DNA of 64,000 bases from Polyangiaceae bacterium (GCA_035063585.1 JAPSGB010000015.1:1-64000); one strand, 5' to 3'; numbered from the stretch's first letter, positions 20,897-30,925 are shown. Numbers and translations: made by a program. The notes: generated by a model from the sequence alone, not told the origin.

Positions 20897-21559
20897 ATGA
20901 TCTCGAGACCGCTTTTCGCGTCATTGGTGCTCGCCGGTGCGACCCTGCTCGCCGCCGCGTGCTCCGGCAGCGCCGAGGACACCTTCGCCGTCGACTGCGC
21001 GCCCGGCACCCTGCGGCCGTGCGATTGCGCGGAGGGCGGCTCGGGCACTCAGACCTGCGCGACCGACGGCCGCGGCTTCGGTGAGTGCGCGTGCGCGACG
21101 GCGCCTCCCGACGCCGGCGCGATCGACAACGGGCACTGCACGCTCTTCCCCGACTGCGGGAGCTGCGAGGGCTGCTGGGCGACCTGCGTGTGCCAGACGA
21201 GCGGCGATCTGCGCGGCTGCAAGCAGCGGTGCCTGGTCGACGGCGGCGGCTCGACGACCTCCTGCGATCCTGGCTCGTGCCCTCCCGCCACCGGGCTCGG
21301 CGCGCAGTTCGCGAAGGCGTGCTGCACGAGCGAAGACGCCTGCGGGCTCTCCGTCTCGGTCCTCGCGAGCGCGGGCTGCCAGGCCAGAAATCAACCTGGA
21401 ACGCCCGACGAGAGCTGCCCCGCGCAGTCCATCCAGAACTTTCTCACCTTCCAAGGTTGCTGCCGGCCGGACCACACGTGCGGCCTCCAGGACACCATCC
21501 TCGGGCTCGGCTGCGTCGATCCCGCCGCCTTCGGACTGTCAAAGGGAGATTCATGCTGA
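20897..21559 (+). CDS. Cys-rich lipoprotein
   Basis: AAAC lipobox and over 20 Cys; overlaps the next gene by 7 nt. Confidence 0.8.
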   Translation: MISRPLFASLVLAGATLLAAACSGSAEDTFAVDCAPGTLRPCDCAEGGSGTQTCATDGRGFGECACATAPPDAGAIDNGHCTLFPDCGSCEGCWATCVCQTSGDLRGCKQRCLVDGGGSTTSCDPGSCPPATGLGAQFAKACCTSEDACGLSVSVLASAGCQARNQPGTPDESCPAQSIQNFLTFQGCCRPDHTCGLQDTILGLGCVDPAAFGLSKGDSC

Positions 21560-23109
21560 GGTCCTCCGCGCCGCTCGCCGTCGCTTCGCTCCTCCTGCTC
21601 GGCGCGCCCGCCGCGTTCGGACAGGCCCCGCCCGCGCCCGGCGTCGCTCCGGCGCCGCCCGCGCCCGGCGTCGCTCCGGCGCCGCCCGCGCCCGGAGGCC
21701 CGACTGTCGCGCCCGCGCCGCTCGGCTTCACGGCCACCGCGACCGCGCCGATGCCACCGCCCGCGCCCGCCGCCGCACCGAGCGACGGCGCCAGGCGACG
21801 GCTGGTGCGCTTCATCGACGGCGCCGCCCCCGAGCTCGTCGTCGGCGACGACGAACCTGCGGCCGGCGCGCTCACCATCGAGCTTCGCTTCGAAAACACG
21901 AATCCGCTCTGCTACGCCTACCGCACCAACCTCGGCGCGAGCGCACGCGCGCCGGCGATGCCGCCCCGCGCGCTCGCGCCGCTCGCCGCGCCGCCGAGCG
22001 GCGAGCTCGCGGCGCCCTCCTCGCTCGAAGACGCCGAGACCGCGCTCGACCAGGCCGAGCGAAACCTCGCGGCGGCGCTCGCCGACGCCGAGCGCCGCAT
22101 CGCGCTCGACGACGTCTGGCGCGCGTGCGACGCGGGCGGCGACCTCGCCAGCCAGAGCGCGCGCGTCGCGGCCGCCCTCGCCGTGAGCGAGCAGCAAGCC
22201 GGCCCGGGCGGCGAGTGGCGTCGCGCGATCGCGCAGGCCGGCGCCGCCGCCGACGCGGCCGCGCAGCTCGCGCGCTCGAGCGAGCGAGCCGCGCCCCCGG
22301 ACAGCGACGACGGCGCCGACGAAGGCGCGGCGCCGAGCGAGCGACGCGCTCGCGGCCTGCCTGGCAAGGTCGCGCGTCACGCGCACGCGGTCGACCTCCG
22401 AGCTCGCCGCGCGACCGGGCAGCTCCTCGCCCTGATCGCCGAGGTCGAGCGCGCGGCGGCGCTGCTCCGCCGCGCGCCGGGCACCGTGACCGCGCGCCTC
22501 GCGACCGGCGAGCAGGCGACGGTCGAGGTGACGCGCGTCGCGCTCGACCGCGGGCGTCCCGCGCCGGCGACGGCCGAACGCTTCACCGCCGGGCCATTCC
22601 GAGCGCTCCGCCCCATCTGGCTCGACGTGAGCGTCGGGCCCGCGCTCACGCTCCGCAACTGGCGCGAGTACGGCGTGGGCGTGCGGCCTGGTCGCGGCGA
22701 CGACACCGCGCTCGTTCCGCGGGTCGTCCGCACGCGCGACGAGCTGCACCTCGACGGCATGGTCTCGCTCAGCATGTATGTGTGGGGCGCGCGCACCCTC
22801 GACGACACCCTCTTTCACTGGAAGCAGCTCTTGCCGCGCCCGATGATCGGCTTCTCGATGCGCCAGCCGTTCACCTCGATTTACCTCGGCGGTCAGCTCG
22901 ATCCGATGAAGTTCGTGGATCTCTCGGCGGGCGTGCGCTTCTACGAGCAGGAGCGCCTGATGGGGCCGTTCGTCGGCAACCCGACGCCGCTCGGCCCAGA
23001 GGGCCGGCCGGTCGATCCGGTAATTCGCAGGGAGACGACCAGCGAGGTGTTCGTGGCGCTCACCGCCAGCACCGACCTCTTCGCGCGCTGGATCGGCGGC
23101 GTGCGCTAG
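21553..23109 (+). CDS. Secreted hypothetical protein (Pro-rich N-terminus, helical middle, beta-rich C-terminus)
   Basis: ATG at 21553 after GGGAG; signal peptide MLRSSAPLAVASLLLLGAPAAFG; within ORF 21085..23109. Confidence 0.72.
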   Translation: MLRSSAPLAVASLLLLGAPAAFGQAPPAPGVAPAPPAPGVAPAPPAPGGPTVAPAPLGFTATATAPMPPPAPAAAPSDGARRRLVRFIDGAAPELVVGDDEPAAGALTIELRFENTNPLCYAYRTNLGASARAPAMPPRALAPLAAPPSGELAAPSSLEDAETALDQAERNLAAALADAERRIALDDVWRACDAGGDLASQSARVAAALAVSEQQAGPGGEWRRAIAQAGAAADAAAQLARSSERAAPPDSDDGADEGAAPSERRARGLPGKVARHAHAVDLRARRATGQLLALIAEVERAAALLRRAPGTVTARLATGEQATVEVTRVALDRGRPAPATAERFTAGPFRALRPIWLDVSVGPALTLRNWREYGVGVRPGRGDDTALVPRVVRTRDELHLDGMVSLSMYVWGARTLDDTLFHWKQLLPRPMIGFSMRQPFTSIYLGGQLDPMKFVDLSAGVRFYEQERLMGPFVGNPTPLGPEGRPVDPVIRRETTSEVFVALTASTDLFARWIGGVR

Positions 23110-23198
23110 CGCGCCGAAGCGCGCGAGCGCACGCTGCCCCCCGTGGGCGACCGGCCGCGCTGGTTGCGGTGCGCCTCCGGTCACCGTACCATGTCGAA

Positions 23199-25550
23199 AT
23201 GGCGAGCTTTGCGCGGTTCGGCGGGATGGTGCTCTGGATCTCGGTGGCGAGCGCCGCCGGGCTCGCGGCCTGCGGCGGCAACGCGGAGACGTCCGTCGCG
23301 AACGGCAACACCGGCGGCAGCGGTGGTCACGACGCCGGCGCGGACTCCAGTACCGGTGGCGGAAGCGCCACGGGAGGCGCGAGCGGCACTGGTGGCGGAT
23401 TCAACTTCGACAGCGGCTCACCCGACGCGGCGCAAGGCTTCGACGTCCAGCCGAGCGGGCTGCAGACGATCACCGTCGCGCCGGGCCAGCACGCTCCGCA
23501 GGTCGAGTTCCACGCGACCCTCGACGGCCAGCCCATCGACGCCGGATGGACCGTCGATCGCGGCGAGATTGGCGCGCTCCCGTCCGCAGCGTCGAGCACC
23601 GGCACCTTCACGCCGACCGGCAGCGTCGGCGGGCTGGTGACCATCACCGCCGGCCTCAACGGTCAGACCCGCTCGCGGCAGGTCCTCGTGAAGCTCGCCG
23701 GGACGCAGAGCGGCGCCGACCCGACCAATCCCGCGCAGGTGCCGCAAATCGCCACCGATCCGAGCACGCTCACGACCGGCGGCGGCATCGGCGGCGTCGG
23801 CGGCGAGGGCCTCGGCACCGCGGTGACCGATCCCGGACTGCTCGGCGCGCTCACGAGCCCGGCGAGCGATGGCTCGAGCGAGAACCTCCGCTTCCTCTAC
23901 CCCTACGACAAGACCGTCTTCCCGCGCGGCATCCTCGCGCCGCTCTTGCAGTGGGACTGGTCGCTGGGCGACGCGGACGCGATCGAGATCGAGCTCTCGA
24001 CCGCGAGCGGCTCGTTCTCGTGGACCGGCACCTTCGGGCGCCCGGCGATCCTCACGCAGACCGGCGGGAAGTTCATTCGGCATCCGATCCCGCAAGACGT
24101 CTGGGCGATGGCGACCGACAGCGCGGAGGACGGCAAGGACACGCTCACCGTGAAGCTCACCGTCGCGCTGGGCGGCCAGGCCTACGGCCCCATCAGCGAG
24201 GCCTGGACGATCGCGCCGGCGCGGCTCTCCGGGATCATCTATTACAACTCCTACGGCACCAACCTCGCCAAGAACTACGGCGGCGCGATCGGCGGCGATC
24301 ACCGGTTCGGCGGCGCGGTGCTCTCGATTCACGTCGGCGACACCGGCCCCGACCTCACCGCGGGCAGCAACGGCGGTGAGGCCCAGTGCCGCGTGTGCCA
24401 CTCGGTGTCCGCGGACGGCTCGCGCCTGGTCGTGCAGCACGGCGAGAACTACAACGCGAGCTCCGCGTACGATCTCAGCCCGAGCGGCAGCAGCGAGACG
24501 AGCATGGCCATCGGCGCGTCCTATCCGGGCCTCTCGCCCGACGGCGCGCTCGCGCTCACGCCGAACAAGCAACTCTTGAACCTGCCCGCCGGCACGCTGG
24601 TCGCCGGCACGAGCGGGCTCGACGGCTTCGGCATCCTCGGCACGCCGGCGTTCTCGCCCGACGGCAAGCGCGTCGCCTTCGCCGACGGCGCGACCCTGCG
24701 CGTGATGGACTTCGATCCGGCGACCTTCACCTTCAGCGGCTCGAACGCGGTCGCCTCCGGCCAGCTCGGTTGGCCGGCGTTCCTGCCCGACAGCACCTCG
24801 CTCGTGTTCAATAACCAGTCCTCCGCCGGCCTCGACGGCGTGAGCAGCGGCGACCTGCACACGCGCAAGGGCGCCAAGAGCCAGATCTACTGGACGACGG
24901 TCGCGAGCGCCGCCGACGTCACGCCGCTGAACGCACTGAACGGCCTCGACGCGGGCGGCACCGCATACTTGCCGAAGCTCTCGACGCCGGTGAGCCTCTC
25001 CTGCACCGGAGACGGCGCGCAGGTCGGCAATATCGACCCCGATCACGGCGACGACGCGAACCTGAACTACGAGCCCACCGTGAGCCCCATCGCGGGCGGC
25101 GGCTTCGCCTGGGTCGTGTTCACGAGCCGCCGCATGTACGGAAGCGTCGCGAACATCCCGCCCTTCTGCAGCGACCCGCGCGGCGTCGATCTCTTCACCA
25201 ATGTAACCACGAAGAAGCTCTGGGTCGCGGCCGTCGATCTCAGCGCCAAGCCCGGCACCGACGCGAGCCACCCCGCCTTCTATCTGCCCGCCCAAGAGCT
25301 CCTCGCGGGCAACTCCCGCGGCTTCTGGGTGCGCGACCCGTGCCGCGCCGACGGCCAATCGTGCCAGAGCGGCGATCAGTGCTGCAACGGCTACTGCCAG
25401 CCGAACGCCGACGGCGCCCTCGTCTGCTCGAACGACATCCCTGACAACCACTGCTCCGGCTTGCAAGAGAAGTGCTCCACCGCCGCCGACTGCTGCGACA
25501 AGACGAACCTCTGCATCAACGGCTTCTGCGCGCAGAAGGGCCCGGCGTGA
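23199..25550 (+). CDS. Large lipoprotein with TolB/PD40-like propeller and Cys-rich C-terminus
   Basis: ATG at 23199, LAAC lipobox, PAFSPDGKRVAF, PGLSPDG and WPAFLPD repeats, WVVFTSRRMYG, C-terminal CxxxxxCC modules. Confidence 0.85.
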   Translation: MASFARFGGMVLWISVASAAGLAACGGNAETSVANGNTGGSGGHDAGADSSTGGGSATGGASGTGGGFNFDSGSPDAAQGFDVQPSGLQTITVAPGQHAPQVEFHATLDGQPIDAGWTVDRGEIGALPSAASSTGTFTPTGSVGGLVTITAGLNGQTRSRQVLVKLAGTQSGADPTNPAQVPQIATDPSTLTTGGGIGGVGGEGLGTAVTDPGLLGALTSPASDGSSENLRFLYPYDKTVFPRGILAPLLQWDWSLGDADAIEIELSTASGSFSWTGTFGRPAILTQTGGKFIRHPIPQDVWAMATDSAEDGKDTLTVKLTVALGGQAYGPISEAWTIAPARLSGIIYYNSYGTNLAKNYGGAIGGDHRFGGAVLSIHVGDTGPDLTAGSNGGEAQCRVCHSVSADGSRLVVQHGENYNASSAYDLSPSGSSETSMAIGASYPGLSPDGALALTPNKQLLNLPAGTLVAGTSGLDGFGILGTPAFSPDGKRVAFADGATLRVMDFDPATFTFSGSNAVASGQLGWPAFLPDSTSLVFNNQSSAGLDGVSSGDLHTRKGAKSQIYWTTVASAADVTPLNALNGLDAGGTAYLPKLSTPVSLSCTGDGAQVGNIDPDHGDDANLNYEPTVSPIAGGGFAWVVFTSRRMYGSVANIPPFCSDPRGVDLFTNVTTKKLWVAAVDLSAKPGTDASHPAFYLPAQELLAGNSRGFWVRDPCRADGQSCQSGDQCCNGYCQPNADGALVCSNDIPDNHCSGLQEKCSTAADCCDKTNLCINGFCAQKGPA

Positions 25551-25558
25551 TGGCTTGA

Positions 25559-25639
25559 GGTCGGTTCGGCGCGAAGCCGCGGGGCTCGCCTCCGCGCGAG
25601 CGCGCCGAGCTCACCGAGCGGCTTCGCGCCGCACCGACC
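25559..25639. repeat. REP-like inverted repeat (22-bp arms, 1 mismatch); possible terminator or mRNA stabiliser
   Basis: GGTCGGTTCGGCGCGAAGCCGC ... GCGGCTTCGCGCCGCACCGACC, 8 nt after the stop codon at 25550. Confidence 0.8.
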
Positions 25640-25679
25640 AACCTGAACGATCCACCCACGCCTCGAAACCCAAGACGAC

Positions 25680-26222
25680 ATGACGTCGCGAAGCCTCATC
25701 GCCGCCGCAGCCCTCGCGCTCGTAGGCTGCGCGGCTCCCCCGCGCGAGGCGAGCGCGCCCGGCGGCGCTCGCGCCGAGGCCGGGCCCCGAGCCGCTCACG
25801 GGGCAGGTACGGAGGCGAGCCCCGCGGAGGCGCCGGCGGCGTCGAGCGAGCCCGCGCCGCCGCCCGCGGCTCCTCGCGCCGCCGCCGACGAGGCCTTGCC
25901 GCTCCGCGCCGGCCCGGCGTCCCGGCCTTTCGCGGACTCGAGCGCCACCGACGCGGCTCCGTCCCCGTGCACCCCGGAGACGCTCCACGCGCGGCTCACC
26001 GAGCTCGTGCGCGAGTGCAGCTCGAAGGCCGCCTCGCTCTGCGGCTCGGTGACGGTGCGCGGCAGCGAGGACGGCTCCTCGGTCGCGGCGAGCGTGAACC
26101 TGCGCGCCACCCACGCCACCGGCGAGTTCGTGCGCTGCGTAACCGACGCGGTCGGCTCGGTGCGCTGGGAGTGCATCGGCCCGGGCGGCGAGGTCACGGT
26201 CGAGCTCGGCTGCACCCTCTGA
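25680..26222 (+). CDS. Hypothetical lipoprotein with small disulfide-rich C-terminal domain
   Basis: LVGC lipobox, Pro/Ala linker, 6 Cys in the C-terminal domain. Confidence 0.7.
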   Translation: MTSRSLIAAAALALVGCAAPPREASAPGGARAEAGPRAAHGAGTEASPAEAPAASSEPAPPPAAPRAAADEALPLRAGPASRPFADSSATDAAPSPCTPETLHARLTELVRECSSKAASLCGSVTVRGSEDGSSVAASVNLRATHATGEFVRCVTDAVGSVRWECIGPGGEVTVELGCTL

Positions 26223-26255
26223 CTCGTCGCGCGCAGCTTGGGGTAGCATCCGGCC

Positions 26256-26942
26256 ATGCCGATCACGCCGCTCGAGTCGCTGCTCCGCCTCGCCGTGGGC
26301 GTCCTGCTCGGCGCGGCCATCGGCTACGAGCGCGAGCGGAGCGGGCACGCGGCCGGCCTCAGGACCAACATGCTGGTCGCGCTCGCGTCCACGCTCTTCA
26401 TGCTGGTCTCGACCCAGTTCGTGTTCTTCCAGAACTACGAGCCGGGCGGCCTCGTGATGGTCGACACGTCGCGTATCGCCGCGAGCGTGGTCGCGGGCAT
26501 CGGCTTCCTCGGCGCCGGCGCGATCATCAAGGTCGGGCTCGGCATCACCGGCCTCACCACGGCCGCCGGGCTGTGGCTGGTCGCATCCATCGGCCTCGCA
26601 GCGGGTGGCGGGATGTTCCTCGAAGCGGCCGTGGCGACCGCCGTCTCGCTCGTCACGCTCATCACCCTGCGCCGCTTCGAGGCGCGTCAGCGCTACATCC
26701 TTCGCCGCCGCATCGTCCTCCAAATCGACACCTCGCTCACCACCGAGCAAACGACGCTCGCCACCCTCACCGAGCTGGTGGCGAACGTGACCACGGTGGA
26801 CCTCGAGACGCTCCCGGACGGCAAGATCCAGATTGGTGCCATCGTCGATCTTCGCACCGAAGGCTCCGCGCCGGCGGTCTTCGACCAGCTGGCCGCGATC
26901 CCGGGCGTGACCTCGGCCAAGGTCATGCATCCCGCGTCGTGA
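26256..26942 (+). CDS. MgtC/SapB family membrane protein
   Basis: IGYERE..AGLRT, RIAASVVAGIGFLGAG and GLTTAAGLW. Confidence 0.93.
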   Translation: MPITPLESLLRLAVGVLLGAAIGYERERSGHAAGLRTNMLVALASTLFMLVSTQFVFFQNYEPGGLVMVDTSRIAASVVAGIGFLGAGAIIKVGLGITGLTTAAGLWLVASIGLAAGGGMFLEAAVATAVSLVTLITLRRFEARQRYILRRRIVLQIDTSLTTEQTTLATLTELVANVTTVDLETLPDGKIQIGAIVDLRTEGSAPAVFDQLAAIPGVTSAKVMHPAS

Positions 26943-26953
26943 GCGCCCGCGGC

Positions 26954-28774
26954 TCAGCGCAGCGAGAGGAGCCCTTCGACGTCCACGCGACCGCGCGCGC
27001 GGCGCGCGAGGCGCGCCTCGAGTTCCTGCGCGAACGGATCGGAGGGGTCGATCTTGCGGAGATCGACCAGCATCCGCTGGACCGCCTCGTAGTCTCCGAG
27101 CGCCGCCAGCACCACGGCCTGCTCGCGGGCGCGCTCCGCGAGGATCCAGAGCGTCGCGCGATCACGATACGCGGGTGAAGCAGCCGCCGCGAGGGCCCGA
27201 TCGAAGGCGCGCTGCCCGCGCTCGAGCGCGGGCTCGCGGTCCGAGCGACCGAGCGCGTGCGGAGCGAAGCCGAGCCACAGCGGGCGCGGGCTCAGGTGGT
27301 CCACCAGCCGTCGCGACCACGATGGGTCGAGCTCGACGAACAGCGGGCGCGCGTCGGCGAGGGTCGAGAGCCCGAGCTCCGAGGGGCGGCCGTTGATGGT
27401 CATGTCGCGCACCAGCGCGGCGAGCTCGGGCTCGGCGGCGATGAGCGCGCGGGTCACGCCCGGCCGGTCCATGAGCGGGAGCGGCGCGATGACCACGTCG
27501 GGCCGCTCGCCCCGCACCAGCCGCGCCGCCCACAGCCGCCACACGACCGCCGGTGAGCGCACGAGCAGCGCCGCGCGGGGCGGCAAGTCGCCGAGGGCCT
27601 CCTCCGTCCACACCTCCGCGCCGAATTGAGCGCCGCGATCGGCGACGTAGGAGGCGTCCTCGGCGGTCATCAGCAGGAGGGTGAGCTGAAAGAGCACGAG
27701 CAGCACCGCCGCCGGGCGCGCCATCGGGATCCGTGCGCGCGACAGCCCGAGCACCAGCGTCTGGACACCGAGCGCGCCGCTCACCGCGAGCACGATGATC
27801 GCGAGCAGGCGGAGCGAGGCGCGCGGATCGGCCGCGAGCAGCCCGCCGGCTCCGGCCGGAAACAGCACATCGGCGACCACCAGCGCGGCGAGCGGCAGCG
27901 CCAGCCAGCGCGTGCGCGGCCGCGCGAGCCCCCAGACGCCCCCGGCGACCGCGAGCCCGACCGCGACGACCCCCACGTCGGCGAGCCACGCGGCGAGCGC
28001 GTCGGGCCGCGGCGCTGGCGAGGCGCTCGCTGGAGCGCGCGCGAGCCCGTAGCCGAGGCCGACCCAGTCGTGATCGGAGAGCGGCCGGAGCAGCACCGGT
28101 GCGAGCAGGACCGCCGCCACCGCGCCCAGCCCGACGCCGAAGAGGGCGACGCTCCGCCGGGGCGGGAGCTCGCCGAGCACGGCCACCTGGACGCCGAGCG
28201 CCACGGCCAGGGCGAGCCCGGCGGCGTGGTTCTCGAGCACGGTCGCCGCCACCAACGCCCCGTAGGCGAGCCAGACCCGCGCGTCCCGCACATCCGCGCG
28301 CGGGCGGAGCGCGAGCCCAGCGAGCGCGAGCGCGGCGCCGAGGGTGGCGCCGCCGGCGATGGTGCCCTCGAGCTGCCAGGCCGGCGCGAGCGTGGCGGTC
28401 AGCGCGGCGACCAGCGCGAGCACCGGGCCGAGCCGCGGCGTGAGCGCGTTCGCGTCGAGCACGCGCCGTCCGAGCGCGTAGGCCAGCCGCGCGGCCAGCG
28501 CCAAGCCGATGGCGCTCGCCACCGAGGCTCTGAGGAGCCGCCCCCCGACCGGCATGAGCGCGAGGACCTGCGTGAGCACGCTCGAGAGCACTCCCTCCCC
28601 ACCGATCGGGATGAACCCGAGGCTCCGCACCACGGGAAGGTCGTCGCGCCACTGGGTCGAAGGGCTCGCCCGCGCGATGGTGACGAGGAGCGGGATGGCG
28701 AGCGCGAGCCACCCGCACACCGGCTCGAGCCAGTGGCGGCCGGGCGAGGGCTCCCGGGAGGGCCGGCGCTGCAC
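26954..28774 (-). CDS. Polytopic membrane protein, DUF2723/TMEM260-like (GT-C fold), divergent
   Basis: GTG at 28774 after GAGAGAGG. Many TMs; LMPVGGRLLRASVASA and LPPRAALLV...GERPDV resemble DUF2723 blocks. Confidence 0.6.
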   Translation of the reverse strand: MQRRPSREPSPGRHWLEPVCGWLALAIPLLVTIARASPSTQWRDDLPVVRSLGFIPIGGEGVLSSVLTQVLALMPVGGRLLRASVASAIGLALAARLAYALGRRVLDANALTPRLGPVLALVAALTATLAPAWQLEGTIAGGATLGAALALAGLALRPRADVRDARVWLAYGALVAATVLENHAAGLALAVALGVQVAVLGELPPRRSVALFGVGLGAVAAVLLAPVLLRPLSDHDWVGLGYGLARAPASASPAPRPDALAAWLADVGVVAVGLAVAGGVWGLARPRTRWLALPLAALVVADVLFPAGAGGLLAADPRASLRLLAIIVLAVSGALGVQTLVLGLSRARIPMARPAAVLLVLFQLTLLLMTAEDASYVADRGAQFGAEVWTEEALGDLPPRAALLVRSPAVVWRLWAARLVRGERPDVVIAPLPLMDRPGVTRALIAAEPELAALVRDMTINGRPSELGLSTLADARPLFVELDPSWSRRLVDHLSPRPLWLGFAPHALGRSDREPALERGQRAFDRALAAAASPAYRDRATLWILAERAREQAVVLAALGDYEAVQRMLVDLRKIDPSDPFAQELEARLARRARGRVDVEGLLSLR

Positions 28775-28874
28775 CCTCTCTCGCTGCCATGTCCTCGGAA
28801 CATCGGCCAAATTAGCCGTAACGAACCTGCATCCGGCGTTCGACCGCGGCGGCCCGCCGGTGTAAAGACGGCCC

Positions 28875-30770
28875 GTGGCACGATTCATCGACGAGCTCAA
28901 GCGCACCCACGACTGCGGCACCCTGCGCGCCAAGGACCTCGGCACCGAGGTCGTGCTCTTCGGCTGGGTGCAGAACCGCCGCGACCACGGCTCGCTCATC
29001 TTCGTCGATCTCCGCGACCGCGCCGGCCTCACCCAGATCGTCTTCGATCCGGACATCTCGCAGCCCGCGCACGATCTCGCCGAGGCGGTGCGCGGCGAGT
29101 GGGTGCTCGGCGTCCGCGGCCGCGTGCGCTCGCGCGGTGAGCAGTGGAGCAAGAAGGAGAACCAGATGGTCTCGGCCACCAACCCGAACCTCGCCACCGG
29201 CGAGATCGAGGTCGAGGTGCTCGAGGCCACCGTGTTCAACCGCGCCGACACGCCCCCCTTCGAGATCGCCGACCAGAGCGAGACGCGCGAGGAGATCCGC
29301 CTGGCGCACCGTTACCTCGACCTTCGGCGCGCCCCGCTGCAGCGCGCGCTCCGCATGCGCCACGAGGTGAACCAGGCGACCCGCCAGTATCTCACCGGGC
29401 AGGGCTGCCTCGAAATCGAGACGCCGTTCCTCGTGAAATACACGCCTGGGGGCGCGCGAAACTTCCTCGTACCCGCGCGCCAGAACCCCGGGAAGTTCTA
29501 CGCGCTCGCCGAGAGCCCGCAGCTCTTCAAGCAGCTCTTCATGGTGGCCGGCTTCGATCGCTACTTTCAGATCGTCCGCTGCTTCCGCGACGAGGACCTC
29601 CGCCTCGATCGCCAGCCCGAGTTCACGCAGATCGACATCGAGCTCAGCTTCGTGAACCAGGACGACGTGTTCCGCCTGGTCGAGGGGCTCATCTTCGAGA
29701 TCTGGCGCGCCGCGCTCGGCGTCGAGCTCCGCGAGTCTTACCCAGACGGCCGCTTTCCGCGACTCGGCTTCGACGAGTCGATGAGCCGCTACGGCAACGA
29801 CAAGCCCGATCTGCGCTTCGGCCTGCCGCACGTCGATCTCACCGAGCTCGTGGTCGCTCACGGCGGCGGCGGGGTGCCGTTCTTCACGCCGATCGCCGAG
29901 AAATTCGCGAGCGGCGCCTACCGCCGCGATCTGCCGGCCGAGATCGTGAAGGCGTTGCTCGTGCCCGCGAGCGCCAACCTCTCACGCGCCGACGGCGACA
30001 AGCTCGAGCAGAGCGCCAAGAGCATGGGCGCGGCCGGGCTCGCCCGCGCCAAGCTCGCCGCCGACGGCACCTGGACGCAGTCTCCGCTCGCCAAGACGGT
30101 GACGCCCGAGCTCCGCGCGGCCATCAACCAAGCGGTGGGCGCGAAGGAGGGCGATCTCATCCTCTTTCAGTTCGGCAAGGCCGCCCTCGTCCACACCGTG
30201 CTCGCGAACCTCCGCGTCGAGCTCGCCAAGCGCCTCGGGCTCATCCCCGAGGTCGGGCACGGAGGCCGGTTCGACTTCACCTGGGTGATCGACCCGCCGC
30301 TCTTCGAGTACGACGACGAGAAGAAGCGCTGGGCTGCCGCGCACCACGCCTTCACGCGCCCGCACGACGCCCACGTCGAGCTCCTGGCGACCGACCCGGG
30401 CAAGGTGCTCTGCTACCGCTACGATCTGGTGCTGAACGGCTTCGAGATCGCCGGCGGTTCCATTCGCCTGCACGATCCGGAGGTCCAGAAGCGCGTGTTC
30501 GCCGTGCTCGGCATCGGCGACGCCGAGGCGCAGGAGAAGTTCGGGTTCCTGCTCTCGGCGCTCCGCTACGGCGCGCCGCCGCACGGCGGGATCGCGCTCG
30601 GCATGGATCGCCTGGCCATGCTGCTCGCCGGCACCGACAGCATCCGCGACGTCATCGCCTTCCCGAAGACGCAGCGCGGCACCGACCTCATGAGCGACGC
30701 GCCGGGCCCGGTCGCCGCCGAGCAGCTCGCCGAGCTCAAGATCCGTAGTATCGCGGGAGATCCGACTTGA
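28875..30770 (+). CDS. aspS: Aspartyl-tRNA synthetase
   Basis: RTHDCGTLR, RRDHG, FYALAESPQLFKQ, CFRDEDLRLDRQPEFTQID, GAPPHGGIALGMDR. Confidence 0.98.
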   Translation: MARFIDELKRTHDCGTLRAKDLGTEVVLFGWVQNRRDHGSLIFVDLRDRAGLTQIVFDPDISQPAHDLAEAVRGEWVLGVRGRVRSRGEQWSKKENQMVSATNPNLATGEIEVEVLEATVFNRADTPPFEIADQSETREEIRLAHRYLDLRRAPLQRALRMRHEVNQATRQYLTGQGCLEIETPFLVKYTPGGARNFLVPARQNPGKFYALAESPQLFKQLFMVAGFDRYFQIVRCFRDEDLRLDRQPEFTQIDIELSFVNQDDVFRLVEGLIFEIWRAALGVELRESYPDGRFPRLGFDESMSRYGNDKPDLRFGLPHVDLTELVVAHGGGGVPFFTPIAEKFASGAYRRDLPAEIVKALLVPASANLSRADGDKLEQSAKSMGAAGLARAKLAADGTWTQSPLAKTVTPELRAAINQAVGAKEGDLILFQFGKAALVHTVLANLRVELAKRLGLIPEVGHGGRFDFTWVIDPPLFEYDDEKKRWAAAHHAFTRPHDAHVELLATDPGKVLCYRYDLVLNGFEIAGGSIRLHDPEVQKRVFAVLGIGDAEAQEKFGFLLSALRYGAPPHGGIALGMDRLAMLLAGTDSIRDVIAFPKTQRGTDLMSDAPGPVAAEQLAELKIRSIAGDPT

Positions 30771-30784
30771 GGGGAGGGAGGTTG

Positions 30785-30850
30785 GGTCGGTTCGGCGCGG
30801 AACCGCCGCGCAGCGCTCGGCCGCGCCCCGTGGTTCCGCGACGAACCGAC
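30785..30850. repeat. REP-like inverted repeat, same family as 25559-25639
   Basis: GGTCGGTTCGGCGCGGAACCGC ... GTGGTTCCGCGACGAACCGAC just after the aspS stop. Confidence 0.75.
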
Positions 30851-30925
30851 ACCCCCGCTGAACACCCGCTCACATCTGGCGCGCTACGAACGCCGGCTTG
30901 ACGGCCGTTTGTCGTTATCCTCACG

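Noticed and set aside
20937..23198. N-terminal half of the 1537-aa ORF
   Set aside because: Out-of-frame overlap with two better-supported genes; the real protein starts at 23199 with a signal peptide and promoter-like boxes.
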